Shown here: piece after piece, positions 18,702 through 28,735 of the stretch
How positions within the stretch are numbered: the stretch's first letter is position 1
Layout: each line of letters opens with the position of its first letter
Origin: Cryomorphaceae bacterium BACL29 MAG-121220-bin8
GTDB lineage: Bacteria > Bacteroidota > Bacteroidia > Flavobacteriales > Flavobacteriaceae
Length of the DNA stretch: 64,000 nt
Reading direction: 5' to 3'
Assembly: GCA_905182765.1 (NCBI GenBank)
Contig: CAJJCV010000030.1
Coordinates: 3,478 to 67,477 of the forward strand
The notes under the pieces: model-generated
What the model was told of the DNA's origin: nothing
Seen by the model: the letters and a program-made list of their open reading frames with translations, nothing else
Database searches by the model: none
Made by a program: the position numbers and the translations under genes

Positions 18702-19725
18702 AAATGACACCCCTCTTTTTTTAAGAGCTCTTAATGGAGAAACTGTGGAAAGGCCACCTGTATGGATTATGAGACAAGCAGGAAGATATTTACCCGATTT
18801 TATGGTTTTAAAAAATAAATATGATTTTTTTACGAGATGTCAAACACCAGAACTAGCTACTGAAATAACTTTAATGCCAATTAAACAAATTGGATTAGAT
18901 GCTTCTATAATCTTTAGTGATATTTTAGTAATTCCTCAAGCAATGGGAATTAATGTTGAAATGAAAAACAATTTTGGGCCATATATCGAACATCCTATCA
19001 GAAAAAAATCAGATATAATTAATTTAAATATTCAAAATGTTGAAGAAAAATTAAGCTATGTTTTTGAGGCAGTGAAAATGACCAAAAAAGAATTGCCCGA
19101 TAATATTCCTTTAATTGGGTTTGCAGGATCTCCGTGGACAATACTGTGCTATATGGTTCAGGGTAGTGGTTCAAAAAACTTTGATATTGCAAAAAGTTTT
19201 TGTTTTGAAAACCCAGAGCTAGCTAATATGCTTTTAAGTAAAATAACTTCAATTACTATAGAGTATTTGGAAAAGAAAATTGAAGCAGGTGTAGATGCTG
19301 TCCAAATTTTTGATTCTTGGGGAGGAGTTTTATCTCACACTGATTATCAAATTTACTCTTATCCATATATTGAACAAATTACCAATGCTTTAAAAAAAAT
19401 AAAACCTGTAATAATTTATCCTAAAGGATGTTGGCACTCCATCAATGCATATTCAAAAATTGGAGCATCTGGCCTTGGAATTGACTGGACATGTTCAGCT
19501 AGGAACGCCCGTTACTTATCAAACAACAATATCACTCTTCAAGGCAACTTAGATCCAAGCAGATTGTTTTCGCCTAAAAAAGAACTTATAAAACAGACGA
19601 CTCAAATGTTGAATGAATTTGGAAAAGATAAATATATCGCAAATTTAGGTCATGGAATACTTCCAAATACACCTGTTGACAATGTTAAGGTTTTTGTAGA
19701 AACTATTAAAAATTATTCTGCTTAA
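18694..19725 (+). CDS. hemE: Uroporphyrinogen decarboxylase
   Basis: Signature [16 protein letters not shown]. Confidence 0.9.
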   Translation: MIKNDTPLFLRALNGETVERPPVWIMRQAGRYLPDFMVLKNKYDFFTRCQTPELATEITLMPIKQIGLDASIIFSDILVIPQAMGINVEMKNNFGPYIEHPIRKKSDIINLNIQNVEEKLSYVFEAVKMTKKELPDNIPLIGFAGSPWTILCYMVQGSGSKNFDIAKSFCFENPELANMLLSKITSITIEYLEKKIEAGVDAVQIFDSWGGVLSHTDYQIYSYPYIEQITNALKKIKPVIIYPKGCWHSINAYSKIGASGLGIDWTCSARNARYLSNNNITLQGNLDPSRLFSPKKELIKQTTQMLNEFGKDKYIANLGHGILPNTPVDNVKVFVETIKNYSA

Positions 19726-20624
19726 TGAAAAATGTTTTTTCTAAATATATAGATTCTCTTCAAGCTAGTGTAATATCTTCCTTGGAACAGGTTGATGGTT
19801 TAGGGAAATTTAAAAAAGATTCTTGGTCTAGAGTAGAAGGAGGAGGAGGTCTAACAATGGTTCTTGAAAATGGCAATGTTTTTGAGAAAGGCGGAGTTAA
19901 TGTTTCTAAAGTTCATGGCAAACTTCCTGAGTCAATGTCAACGATGTTAAATACTAAAGATTCTGATTTTTATGCATGTGGGATAAGTATTGTTCTACAT
20001 CCTAAAAATCCGATGGTTCCTACTTTTCATGCTAATTTGAGATACTTTGAACTCTATAATAATGGTACTTTAAAAGACCGGTGGTTTGGTGGGGGTCTTG
20101 ATCTAACTCCTTATTATATTTTTGAAAATGATGTTATTCATTTCCATGCAAATTGTAAAAGTTCTTGTGACAAGTATGATTTAAGTTTTTATAATAATTA
20201 TAAAAAAAAATGTGATGAATACTTTTGGAATTCTCACAGAAATGAAGCTAGAGGTGTTGGAGGATTGTTTTTTGATTATTGTAGAGAAAATAATGAAATG
20301 TCAGTGGATAAATGGTTTTCGTTCATAAAAGATATGGGGCAATGTATTTTAAATTCTTACATTCCAATTGTTGAAAAAAGAAAAAATGAAACATTTAACG
20401 AGCTTAACGTAAACTGGCAACAAATTAGAAGAGGAAGATATGTTGAATTTAATCTTCTGCATGACAAAGGAACTTTGTTTGGATTAAAAACTAAAGGCAG
20501 AATTGAAAGTATTTTAATAAGTATGCCTCCAAAAGTTAAATGGGCTTATGATTTTAATCCAGCCAAAGGCAGTAATGAAGAAAAGCTTATCAAAATATTA
20601 GAATCTCCAAAAAATTGGGTTTAA
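19725..20624 (+). CDS. hemF: Oxygen-dependent coproporphyrinogen-III oxidase
   Basis: Motifs VEGGGG, GGVNVS, NPMVPTFHANLRYFE and RRGRYVEFNL. Confidence 0.9.
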   Translation: MKNVFSKYIDSLQASVISSLEQVDGLGKFKKDSWSRVEGGGGLTMVLENGNVFEKGGVNVSKVHGKLPESMSTMLNTKDSDFYACGISIVLHPKNPMVPTFHANLRYFELYNNGTLKDRWFGGGLDLTPYYIFENDVIHFHANCKSSCDKYDLSFYNNYKKKCDEYFWNSHRNEARGVGGLFFDYCRENNEMSVDKWFSFIKDMGQCILNSYIPIVEKRKNETFNELNVNWQQIRRGRYVEFNLLHDKGTLFGLKTKGRIESILISMPPKVKWAYDFNPAKGSNEEKLIKILESPKNWV

Positions 20625-20633
20625 ATTAAAAAT

Positions 20634-21608
20634 ATGTATCCACTAAATAGAAATAGAAGACTTCGTTCAAAACAATCTCTAAGAAATTTAATTAAAGAGT
20701 CATCAATACATCCTCATGACTTTATTGTTCCACTTTTTATAATTGAAGGAAATAATTTAAAAGAAGAGATACCTTCAATGCCTAATTATTTTAGATATAG
20801 TTTAGATAATGTAAAAAAAGAAGTTAAACAATTGTGGTCTATAGGAGTTCAAGCTGTTTTATTGTTTGTCAAAGTAGAAGATTCTTTAAAAGATAATTTT
20901 GGAACCGAAGCTATCAATAATAATGGCCTTATGCAAAGAGCCATAAAAGAAGTCAAAAATAGTGTACCAGAAATGACCATCATAACTGATGTCGCTTTAG
21001 ATCCATACTCAAATTATGGTCACGATGGAATTGTAAAAAACAATAAAATTCTTAACGATCAAACCAATATTGTATTGTCTAAAATGGCTTTAAGTCATGC
21101 TAAAGCTGGAGCAGATATTGTTGCTCCAAGCGATATGATGGACGGAAGAGTTTTATCTATTAGAAAAATACTTGAAGATAACAGCTTACATGATACTGGA
21201 ATAATGAGTTATGCGGTTAAATATGCATCCAGTTTTTATGGTCCATTTAGAGATGCTCTAGATTCAAAACCTGGCTTTGGAGACAAACAAACTTATCAAA
21301 TGGATTTTCACAATAGATCAGAAGCAATAGCCGAAGCTAAATCAGATATTGAAGAAGGTGCTGATATTATAATGGTAAAGCCTGGGATAAGTTATTTGGA
21401 TATTTTACGAGACTTAAAGAACGAAATAAGTTCTCCAATAGCAATTTATCAAGTAAGTGGAGAATACTCAATGCTTAAAGCTGCTGCCAAACAAGGCTGG
21501 CTCGATCATGATAAAGTTATGATGGAACAGCTTGTGTCAATGAAAAGAGCTGGTGCAACAATGATAGCATCATACTTTGCTGAAGATGCAATAAAATTAA
21601 TTTCTTAA
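20634..21608 (+). CDS. hemB: Porphobilinogen synthase (ALA dehydratase)
   Basis: Motifs RRLR, VAPSDMMDGRV, YASSFYGPFRDA, MVKPG and YQVSGEY. Confidence 0.9.
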   Translation: MYPLNRNRRLRSKQSLRNLIKESSIHPHDFIVPLFIIEGNNLKEEIPSMPNYFRYSLDNVKKEVKQLWSIGVQAVLLFVKVEDSLKDNFGTEAINNNGLMQRAIKEVKNSVPEMTIITDVALDPYSNYGHDGIVKNNKILNDQTNIVLSKMALSHAKAGADIVAPSDMMDGRVLSIRKILEDNSLHDTGIMSYAVKYASSFYGPFRDALDSKPGFGDKQTYQMDFHNRSEAIAEAKSDIEEGADIIMVKPGISYLDILRDLKNEISSPIAIYQVSGEYSMLKAAAKQGWLDHDKVMMEQLVSMKRAGATMIASYFAEDAIKLIS

Positions 21609-21628
21609 TTTTCATACATTAGTAGTGT

Positions 21629-22786
21629 ATGAAATATTTCAAAAATAAAATTGGGTTAATAATATCTTTATTTCTAATTTTTTGCGGATTCAATTTTAGT
21701 TCTGAAATTATTTATTTGTCAGAGTTAGTTGTGACGGTCTACAAAATGAAAAGAACTAAAGCAGATATTACAGACTATAAATATTTTGAAAACATAGAGA
21801 TTTCTAAAAGTAATTCTCCCCAGCCTTGGCCAATTCACAAAAACTATAATCTTGTGCCAGAAACTCAAAATTTAAAAAAGACTCATGCTGAACTTGGAAC
21901 AGTAGCTTATTTAATAATAAAAAACGATTCGATTTGGCACGAAAAATATTATAAAGACTACAATCAGAACTCTTATAGTAATTCTTTCTCAATGGCTAAA
22001 AGTATAGTCTCCGCTACAATGGGCAAAGCTATAAAAGATGGCTATTTTAAAAACATTGATGATAAGGTGGGTTTTTATATTGAAGGATATTCTGAGGGGT
22101 TTGCTGCAGAATTAACAATAGGAGATCTGTCAAGTATGTCGTCTGGATTAGATTGGGACGAAAGCTATACAAATATTTTTGGAGTTACAGCAAAATCTTA
22201 CATCACAAGTGAACTTAATGAATTAATAAAATCTAGATCTATTATAGAAGAGCCCGGAAAAAACTTTAAATATTATAGTGCTAGCACACAGCTTTTAGCA
22301 ATGAGTATTGAAAAAGCAACTGAAAATAAAATATCTAATTTAGTTCAAGAATGGTTTGTGGAACCTTTGGGTTTTGAAAATAACGCTCTTTGGCAAATTG
22401 ACGGTGCTAAAAACAAAAGCATAAAAGCATATTGTTGTTTTAACTCTAATGCTAGAGATTTTGCAAGATTCGGGAAGCTTTATAAAGATTTTGGAAAATG
22501 GAATGGGGTTCAAATTTTAGATTCTTCTTTTGTTGTTAAATCTATTAAGCCTAGGTTTGAAAAAAGTCCAGAGTATGGTTATGGTTTTTGGTTAGGAAAA
22601 ATTAATGAAAATAATTTTTTTGCAATGAGAGGGATATTAGGCCAATATGTAATTGTTCTTCCCAAAAAAAACATTATGGTGGTTAGACTTGGTCAGAGAA
22701 ACCTTGAAAAAAATAATGATAGACCAAAAGATTTTGATATTTATTTAAAAGAAGCAATAATAATGCTTGAAAGTGTAAAAATTTAA
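21629..22786 (+). CDS. Serine hydrolase of the beta-lactamase/transpeptidase-like family
   Basis: SxxK motif (SFSMAKS), an N-terminal membrane anchor, 385 aa. Confidence 0.65.
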   Translation: MKYFKNKIGLIISLFLIFCGFNFSSEIIYLSELVVTVYKMKRTKADITDYKYFENIEISKSNSPQPWPIHKNYNLVPETQNLKKTHAELGTVAYLIIKNDSIWHEKYYKDYNQNSYSNSFSMAKSIVSATMGKAIKDGYFKNIDDKVGFYIEGYSEGFAAELTIGDLSSMSSGLDWDESYTNIFGVTAKSYITSELNELIKSRSIIEEPGKNFKYYSASTQLLAMSIEKATENKISNLVQEWFVEPLGFENNALWQIDGAKNKSIKAYCCFNSNARDFARFGKLYKDFGKWNGVQILDSSFVVKSIKPRFEKSPEYGYGFWLGKINENNFFAMRGILGQYVIVLPKKNIMVVRLGQRNLEKNNDRPKDFDIYLKEAIIMLESVKI

Positions 22787-22791
22787 TTTTT

Positions 22792-24408
22792 ATGACTGGC
22801 AAAACTCTACTTTCTATAAAAAATTTAACAATAAAAATAGGTGTCCAAATTATTTTATCTAATATTTCTTTAGATATTAAAAAAAATCAAGTTTTAGGAT
22901 TAGTTGGTGAATCTGGAAGTGGAAAATCATTTACTGCACTATCTATTTTAGACTTAATAAACATCAAAAACTTAAATGTTGAAGGGGAAATAATTTTTAA
23001 CGGAACTAAATTAAATAATTTATCATTTAGAGAATTTCAAAAAATTAGAGGAAAAGAAATTTCAATAATTTTTCAAGAACCAATGAGTTCTTTAAACCCA
23101 AGCATGAAATGTGGTGATCAAATTTCTGAAATCATTCTTAATCATGAAAAAATTAACAAAAAAAACGCTAAAAAAAAATCTTTGGAGCTTATTCAGAAGG
23201 TTCAATTAAAACACTCTGAATTAGTCTATGAAAAGTATCCTCACCAATTAAGCGGAGGACAACAACAAAGGATAATGATAGCAATAGCAATAGCCTGTAA
23301 GCCTAAACTATTAATTGCAGATGAACCAACCACGTCATTAGACGGTATTGTAAAAAATGATATCATTTCTTTAATTAAATCTTTACAAGACGAATATAAA
23401 ATGAGCGTTTTATTTATATCTCATAATTTAAAATTAGTTGCAAAGTTTGTTGATAGTTTAATTATTTTAAAAAACGGTTTAATTATTGAAAAAGGTGTTT
23501 CTTCAAAAGTTTTTAATTATCCTAAAAGTAAATACACTCAACATTTAATAAACTCATCACCTCCCACAAGCAATAGGCCAAACAGGCTAATAACTTCTAA
23601 AACAAAGAAAAACAAGCTAATAACAAAAGAAGAAAGAACACGTATACATTTAAAAATCTATAATAAAACTCCAATTTTAAAAGTAAATAAATTGAATGTC
23701 TCTTACGGAAATACCAAAATAATTAAAGACATCTCATTTGACCTATTTAGGGGAGAAACATTGGGTATAGTTGGAGAATCTGGTTCTGGTAAATCTACAA
23801 TTGCAAAATCTATTTTAGGGATTGTTAAAACTGAAAATGGAGAGGTTTATTTTAAAGATGAAAATATTAAAAACATATCCAATTCGGTCTTTAGAAAAAA
23901 AGTTCAGTTAATATTTCAAGATCCCTACTCCTCTTTGAATTCTGAAGTTTCAGTGGGGAAATCAATAATTGAGCCGATGATTGCACATAAAATTTTTAGT
24001 TCTAAAAAAGAAATGAAAACTAGAGTTTTGGAGCTCTTAAATCAGGTAGGTTTATTAGAAAGTGATTATAATAAATTTCCTAACCAATTTTCCGGAGGCC
24101 AAAGACAAAGAATTGTTATAGCAAGAGCATTAGCATTAAATCCTGAAATTATAATATGTGATGAATCAGTGTCTGCGTTAGATGTATCGGTTCAAGCGCA
24201 AATTTTAAATTTACTGAGTGATTTAAAAGAGATATATCTGTTTACCTTTATTTTTATATCGCATGACATGTCTGTTATAAAGTATTTTACTGATAGATTA
24301 ATTGTATTAAAAAAAGGAGAAATTGTAGAATTTAATGAGACCGATCTTTTATTTGAAAAACCTAAAAAACCCTATACTAAAGCTCTATTAAAAGCTAGCG
24401 ATTTTTAA
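22792..24408 (+). CDS. ABC transporter ATP-binding protein with two fused ATPase cassettes (DppD/F or YejF-like)
   Basis: Two Walker A motifs (GESGSGKS twice), two signature motifs (LSGGQQQR, FSGGQRQR) and Walker B motifs (LLIADEPT, IIICDES). Confidence 0.85.
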   Translation: MTGKTLLSIKNLTIKIGVQIILSNISLDIKKNQVLGLVGESGSGKSFTALSILDLINIKNLNVEGEIIFNGTKLNNLSFREFQKIRGKEISIIFQEPMSSLNPSMKCGDQISEIILNHEKINKKNAKKKSLELIQKVQLKHSELVYEKYPHQLSGGQQQRIMIAIAIACKPKLLIADEPTTSLDGIVKNDIISLIKSLQDEYKMSVLFISHNLKLVAKFVDSLIILKNGLIIEKGVSSKVFNYPKSKYTQHLINSSPPTSNRPNRLITSKTKKNKLITKEERTRIHLKIYNKTPILKVNKLNVSYGNTKIIKDISFDLFRGETLGIVGESGSGKSTIAKSILGIVKTENGEVYFKDENIKNISNSVFRKKVQLIFQDPYSSLNSEVSVGKSIIEPMIAHKIFSSKKEMKTRVLELLNQVGLLESDYNKFPNQFSGGQRQRIVIARALALNPEIIICDESVSALDVSVQAQILNLLSDLKEIYLFTFIFISHDMSVIKYFTDRLIVLKKGEIVEFNETDLLFEKPKKPYTKALLKASDF

Positions 24409-24444
24409 ATTTCTTGTAAAATCCCTAATTAAATAATAAACAAT

Positions 24445-24894
24445 ATGAACCTTACTATAATCTTTGAATGGATTTTACAATTACATTCTTTATGGGCAAT
24501 CCTTACAATGACAATTATATTTTATACAGTTTTAAGGAGTTTTTTTAGTGCATTACAAAATAAAATTTTTAAACTTCTAGATTTAAGAATTGCTTTATTT
24601 ACATTGATATTTTGTCATATCCAATTTGTTATAGGAATTATATTATATTTTCTGTCTCCAAAATTTAAATGGTGGTATAATGGTTTTGAAGAAATTCTTA
24701 AAAATGATGAATATTTCTTTTATTTGGTAAAGCACCCTCTTTTAAATATTTTTTCAATACTTTCTATTACTATAGGCTGGTCTCTATTTAAAAAAGCAAA
24801 AACTAATCAAAAAAGGTTTATTCGAATAGGAATATTTTATTTAATTGGATTTTTATTAATCTTATTAGCAACACCTTATGGAAAATGGCTGTAA
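24445..24894 (+). CDS. Hypothetical four-TM membrane protein
   Basis: A 149-aa ORF in a coding-consistent position with hydrophobic segments. I recognise no family motif. Confidence 0.45.
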   Translation: MNLTIIFEWILQLHSLWAILTMTIIFYTVLRSFFSALQNKIFKLLDLRIALFTLIFCHIQFVIGIILYFLSPKFKWWYNGFEEILKNDEYFFYLVKHPLLNIFSILSITIGWSLFKKAKTNQKRFIRIGIFYLIGFLLILLATPYGKWL

Positions 24895-24926
24895 AAAAAA
24901 CGCCCTCTTAAAATAAGAGAGCGTTT
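24893..24926. terminator. Hairpin cgc(c)ctctta-aaa-taagag(a)gcg flanked by A8 and TTT; putative terminator
   Basis: Read directly from the sequence. Lies just after the stop of the 24445-24894 ORF. The T-tract on the + side is weak and the A-run sits upstream. Confidence 0.45.
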
Positions 24927-25020
24927 ACCAAATAATTAAAAAACCATTAAACTTTATTATTACTTAAATTTAATTTTAAATTAAGTAGCCAGTTCACAAA
25001 ATTTTGTTAATCTTTATAAC

Positions 25021-26010
25021 ATGAATAATACATATGCTGTGCTTGGAGGAGGAAGTTGGGGAACTGCAATAGTCAAGATGCTATGTGAAAACAATAATAT
25101 TGTTAACTGGTATATAAGAAGTGAAGAGGATGTTCTTTTTATTAAAAAAAAGAGCAGAAATTCTAAATATTTACAATCTGTAGTTTTTGATAAATCAAAA
25201 ATAAATCCCAGTTCTTCTATAAGAGAAATAGTTGCTAAATCTGACATAATTATTTTAGCGATACCATCTCCTTTTTTAGATACAGAATTAAAAAAAATAA
25301 GTGATCTTTTAAAAGACAAGATTCTTTTTTCAGCATTAAAAGGAGTTATTCCAGAGTCCCACTTAATTGTTAGTGAGCATTTAAATGAATTTTACAAAAT
25401 TCCTTTTTCCAAAATCGGAATTATTACTGGACCATGTCATGCTGAAGAAGTTGCTCTTGAAAAATTATCCTACTTGACTGTTGCTTGTAAAAACATAATT
25501 AACGGACAAGAAATGGCAAATTCTCTCAAGTCAAGCTATATTAAAGTGAAAGTTTCAAAAGATACTATGGGCGTTGAGTATGCTGCAATGCTAAAAAACA
25601 TATATGCTATAGTCGCAGGCATATGTCACGGATTAGGATATGGAGATAATTTCCAAAGTGTTTTAATTAGCAGTTGTGTCCGAGAGATGAAAAAGTTTGT
25701 TTACAAAATTTATAAAACCAACAGAGATATAAATGACTCTGAATACTTAGGAGATTTGTTAGTAACCTGTTATTCCTCGTTTAGCAGAAACAGGACTCTT
25801 GGGAATATGATTGGGAAAGGATATACTTTAAAAGCAGCTATTTCCGAAATGTCTATGATTTCTGAAGGATACTATGCTACAAAAAATGCATTTGAATTAA
25901 TTGAAAATGATTTTAGAGAGTTTAATATAATTACAAGTGCTTATGAAATTCTTTATCAAAATTCCAATCCTAAAGCAACAATAAAAAAATTAACTAATCA
26001 ATTAGATTGA
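25021..26010 (+). CDS. gpsA: NAD(P)H-dependent glycerol-3-phosphate dehydrogenase
   Basis: Motifs [16 protein letters not shown] and KNIYAI. Confidence 0.9.
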   Translation: MNNTYAVLGGGSWGTAIVKMLCENNNIVNWYIRSEEDVLFIKKKSRNSKYLQSVVFDKSKINPSSSIREIVAKSDIIILAIPSPFLDTELKKISDLLKDKILFSALKGVIPESHLIVSEHLNEFYKIPFSKIGIITGPCHAEEVALEKLSYLTVACKNIINGQEMANSLKSSYIKVKVSKDTMGVEYAAMLKNIYAIVAGICHGLGYGDNFQSVLISSCVREMKKFVYKIYKTNRDINDSEYLGDLLVTCYSSFSRNRTLGNMIGKGYTLKAAISEMSMISEGYYATKNAFELIENDFREFNIITSAYEILYQNSNPKATIKKLTNQLD

Positions 26011-27045
26011 GTTTTTAAATTGATTAATAAATCTTATATCATTATCATATAATATTCTTATGTCTTCAATTTGGTAAAGAAGCATGGCTATTCTTTCTAT
26101 GCCCATTCCAAAAGCAAAGCCTGAATATTTACTAGAATCTATTTTACAATTATCTAATACATTTGGATCAATCATTCCACAACCCATTATTTCAAGCCAA
26201 CCAGTTCCTTTAGTAATTTTATAATCAGTTTCAGAATTTAAACCCCAATATATATCTAATTCAGCACTAGGTTCAGTAAAGGGAAAATAGGACGGTCTTA
26301 GTCTTATTTTAGATTTGCCAAACAACTCCTTTGTGAAATAAAGTAAAGTTTGTTTTAAATCCGCAAAAGAAACATTGTCATCAATATATAGACCTTCTAT
26401 TTGATGAAAAAAACAATGTGATCTGGCTGAAATATCTTCATTTCTATAAACTCTTCCTGGTGAAATAGTTCGAATTGGAGGATTGTTTTCTTCCATATGC
26501 CTAATCTGAACTGATGAAGTATGTGTTCTTAGAAGAAGATCTGGATCTTTATTTATGAAAAAAGTATCTTGCATGTCTCTGGCAGGATGATGTAATGGAA
26601 GGTTTAAGGCAGTAAAATTATGCCAATCATCTTCAATTTCTGGGCCTTCAGAAACATTGAAACCAATTTTATAAAAAATATCAATTATTTTGTCTCTAAT
26701 AATCGAAATAGGATGTCTTGAACCAAGCTCAATCATTGATCCTGGTTTTGTTAAATCTAAATCTTCAACCGTATTACCAGAGTCTTTATTAAGTGCTTTT
26801 TTTAATTCTTCTATTTTACTAAGAGTAACGTTTTTTAACTCATTTATTGCTAATCCATATTCTTTTTTCTTTGAAGGCTCAACCTTCTTAAACTCAGAAA
26901 AAAAATGACTAACAAATCCTTTTTTTCCTATAAAATCTATTCTAAATTTTTCAAGGTCATCGTTATTCTTTGCAGAAAAACTTAATGCTTGTTGAATTTT
27001 TTTTTGTATTTCCTCAATCATAAATTGATATAAATATTGATTCAA
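26002..27045 (-). CDS. pheS: Phenylalanine-tRNA ligase alpha subunit
   Basis: Class II aaRS motifs ([39 protein letters not shown]). Confidence 0.9.
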   Translation of the reverse strand: MNQYLYQFMIEEIQKKIQQALSFSAKNNDDLEKFRIDFIGKKGFVSHFFSEFKKVEPSKKKEYGLAINELKNVTLSKIEELKKALNKDSGNTVEDLDLTKPGSMIELGSRHPISIIRDKIIDIFYKIGFNVSEGPEIEDDWHNFTALNLPLHHPARDMQDTFFINKDPDLLLRTHTSSVQIRHMEENNPPIRTISPGRVYRNEDISARSHCFFHQIEGLYIDDNVSFADLKQTLLYFTKELFGKSKIRLRPSYFPFTEPSAELDIYWGLNSETDYKITKGTGWLEIMGCGMIDPNVLDNCKIDSSKYSGFAFGMGIERIAMLLYQIEDIRILYDNDIRFINQFKNSI

Positions 27046-27061
27046 AAATACTCATTTTCAT

Positions 27062-27418
27062 TTATTCAATAAGTTGTTTTTCAATAAAATAATTTATAAT
27101 AGATTCTTTCATCAAAATACTTTGTTCACCAGACTTCAAGTTTGGTAATTTATTAATGGTTTTGTAATGAGGCCAACCGTCTTTATCAACATAGTCAAAT
27201 TCATAAAATCCATAAGGCTCTAATAAACGACATACTGCAATGTGCATGATATCAATTTTTTGGTCTTTATTAAATTTTATGTTTGGATTTCCAAATTCCT
27301 GAACTCCAATTAAATAAATAACACTTTCAATATCTAAAACATCTCCTTTATTAAATTCATTACTTAAAAGATTTAAAATATTTTTCCATTTCTCACTTAA
27401 ATCCTTTTTTGATTCCAT
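27062..27418 (-). CDS. Hypothetical protein (118 aa), probably co-transcribed with pheS
   Basis: Intact ORF lying 16 nt upstream of pheS. I recognise no motif. Confidence 0.4.
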   Translation of the reverse strand: MESKKDLSEKWKNILNLLSNEFNKGDVLDIESVIYLIGVQEFGNPNIKFNKDQKIDIMHIAVCRLLEPYGFYEFDYVDKDGWPHYKTINKLPNLKSGEQSILMKESIINYFIEKQLIE

Positions 27419-27435
27419 TTAAAATATAATTTCAA

Positions 27436-27996
27436 TTGTATGAAAACAATATACTTATATTTGTAAATAAAATCTTGAATTACTTAGACATTTTTATTGT
27501 ATGCCTTACCGCCCTTGGCTTTTACAGAGGCTATAGCAAGGGCTTGATAATTGAGTTGACATCTATACTAGCTTTAATTCTTGGAGCTTATGGATCTTTA
27601 AAATTTTCTGGATTAACCTTTGATTTTTTCAAGAATACTTTCCCTAATCAATTAGAATCATTGGAAGAGTCATATGTAAAGATTTTTTCCTTTGCATTTA
27701 CATTTATCATTATTCTTGTTAGTATTTCTATTACAGGAAAAGCTTTAACAAAAATTGCTAAAATTCTTTTTTTAGGATTTTTAAATAAATTATTTGGAGG
27801 ACTGTTTGGAGCTATCAAGTATGTTCTAATAGTTTCATTTTGTTTTGTATTTTTTGAAAATATAAATTCAGAGTTTTCGTTTATAGACAATGAAATTATT
27901 GAATCAACTTTTTTATACCGTCCTATTTTAAACTTAGGAGATCAGCTTTTGAGCCTTTTTAATTTGAGCAGCAATTCAATCAATTTTTTTAATTGA
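27436..27996 (+). CDS. cvpA: CvpA-family (colicin V production) membrane protein
   Basis: The pattern LNYLDIFIVCLTALGFYRGYSKGLI is typical of a CvpA N-terminus, so the real start may be the TTG at 27475. Confidence 0.65.
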   Translation: MYENNILIFVNKILNYLDIFIVCLTALGFYRGYSKGLIIELTSILALILGAYGSLKFSGLTFDFFKNTFPNQLESLEESYVKIFSFAFTFIIILVSISITGKALTKIAKILFLGFLNKLFGGLFGAIKYVLIVSFCFVFFENINSEFSFIDNEIIESTFLYRPILNLGDQLLSLFNLSSNSINFFN

Positions 27997-28734
27997 TTTT
28001 GACTCCATCCATCCACTAGCGCCATTAATTAATTCAACTGAGACCCAATCATTGAGCTCTTCTTTAATGGTTACTTTAGTGCCTTCGTGTAGATTAAATT
28101 GAATTTCACTTCTGAAATTTGGTTCTGTTCTGAAATCTATTTTTTTATCAAAAATTATCGCTTCTTGAACTGAAGCTTTATTTTCATGTTTACTTATACC
28201 CGTAAATAAAAATATATTAGAAACTATAAACATAAATGCCGATAAGCTGAATAATCTTTTCTTCCAATAGCTATTCTTATTAAAAAAATATAAAACAAAT
28301 AGAATTAAAAAAAGGTATAAAAATATAATCCCTATAAATAACCACTTTTTAATTGAAAAAAACTTATATATGTATTCAAAAAAATCAGATAATTGATTTG
28401 AGGGTAAAATATCTATTTTATCAATTAACATATTTTGAGAATAAGTCAAATTGTTTAGTATATCCTTGTCGTTAGGGTTTAATTGTAAGGCTTTTTCAAA
28501 GTAATATATGCTATTAGGAATATCATTTATTTTATAGTAGCTATTCCCTAAATTAAAATATAATTCATCCGAGTGCTCGCCATTATTAATTATTTTAACA
28601 AATAAATTAATAGCTTCATTATAGTCCCCTGAATTGTAAAACTCAATACCAGATTTAAAATTAAATTCATTTTCTGTTTGAGAAAAAATAAATCCGGAAA
28701 ACCACAAAAAGCTTAGAATAATAATATTTTTCAT
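27976..28734 (-). CDS. batE: BatE-like TPR plus SH3b protein, the last gene of the Bat operon
   Basis: N-terminal TPR repeats (YNEAINLF, LGNSYYKIND, AIYYFEKALQLNPND), a TM segment, and a C-terminal SH3b-like region (EGTKVTIKEELNDWVSVEL..GWM). Confidence 0.7.
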   Translation of the reverse strand: MKNIIILSFLWFSGFIFSQTENEFNFKSGIEFYNSGDYNEAINLFVKIINNGEHSDELYFNLGNSYYKINDIPNSIYYFEKALQLNPNDKDILNNLTYSQNMLIDKIDILPSNQLSDFFEYIYKFFSIKKWLFIGIIFLYLFLILFVLYFFNKNSYWKKRLFSLSAFMFIVSNIFLFTGISKHENKASVQEAIIFDKKIDFRTEPNFRSEIQFNLHEGTKVTIKEELNDWVSVELINGASGWMESKSIKKID

Positions 28735-28735
28735 T

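Noticed and set aside
24893-24926. The hairpin's strong T-run lies on the minus strand, which suggests a terminator for an unannotated minus-strand transcript antisense to gpsA.
   Set aside because: No credible minus-strand gene lies to its right; ORF 25014-25319 is a shadow ORF. More likely this is an A-tract-flanked terminator for the upstream plus-strand gene.
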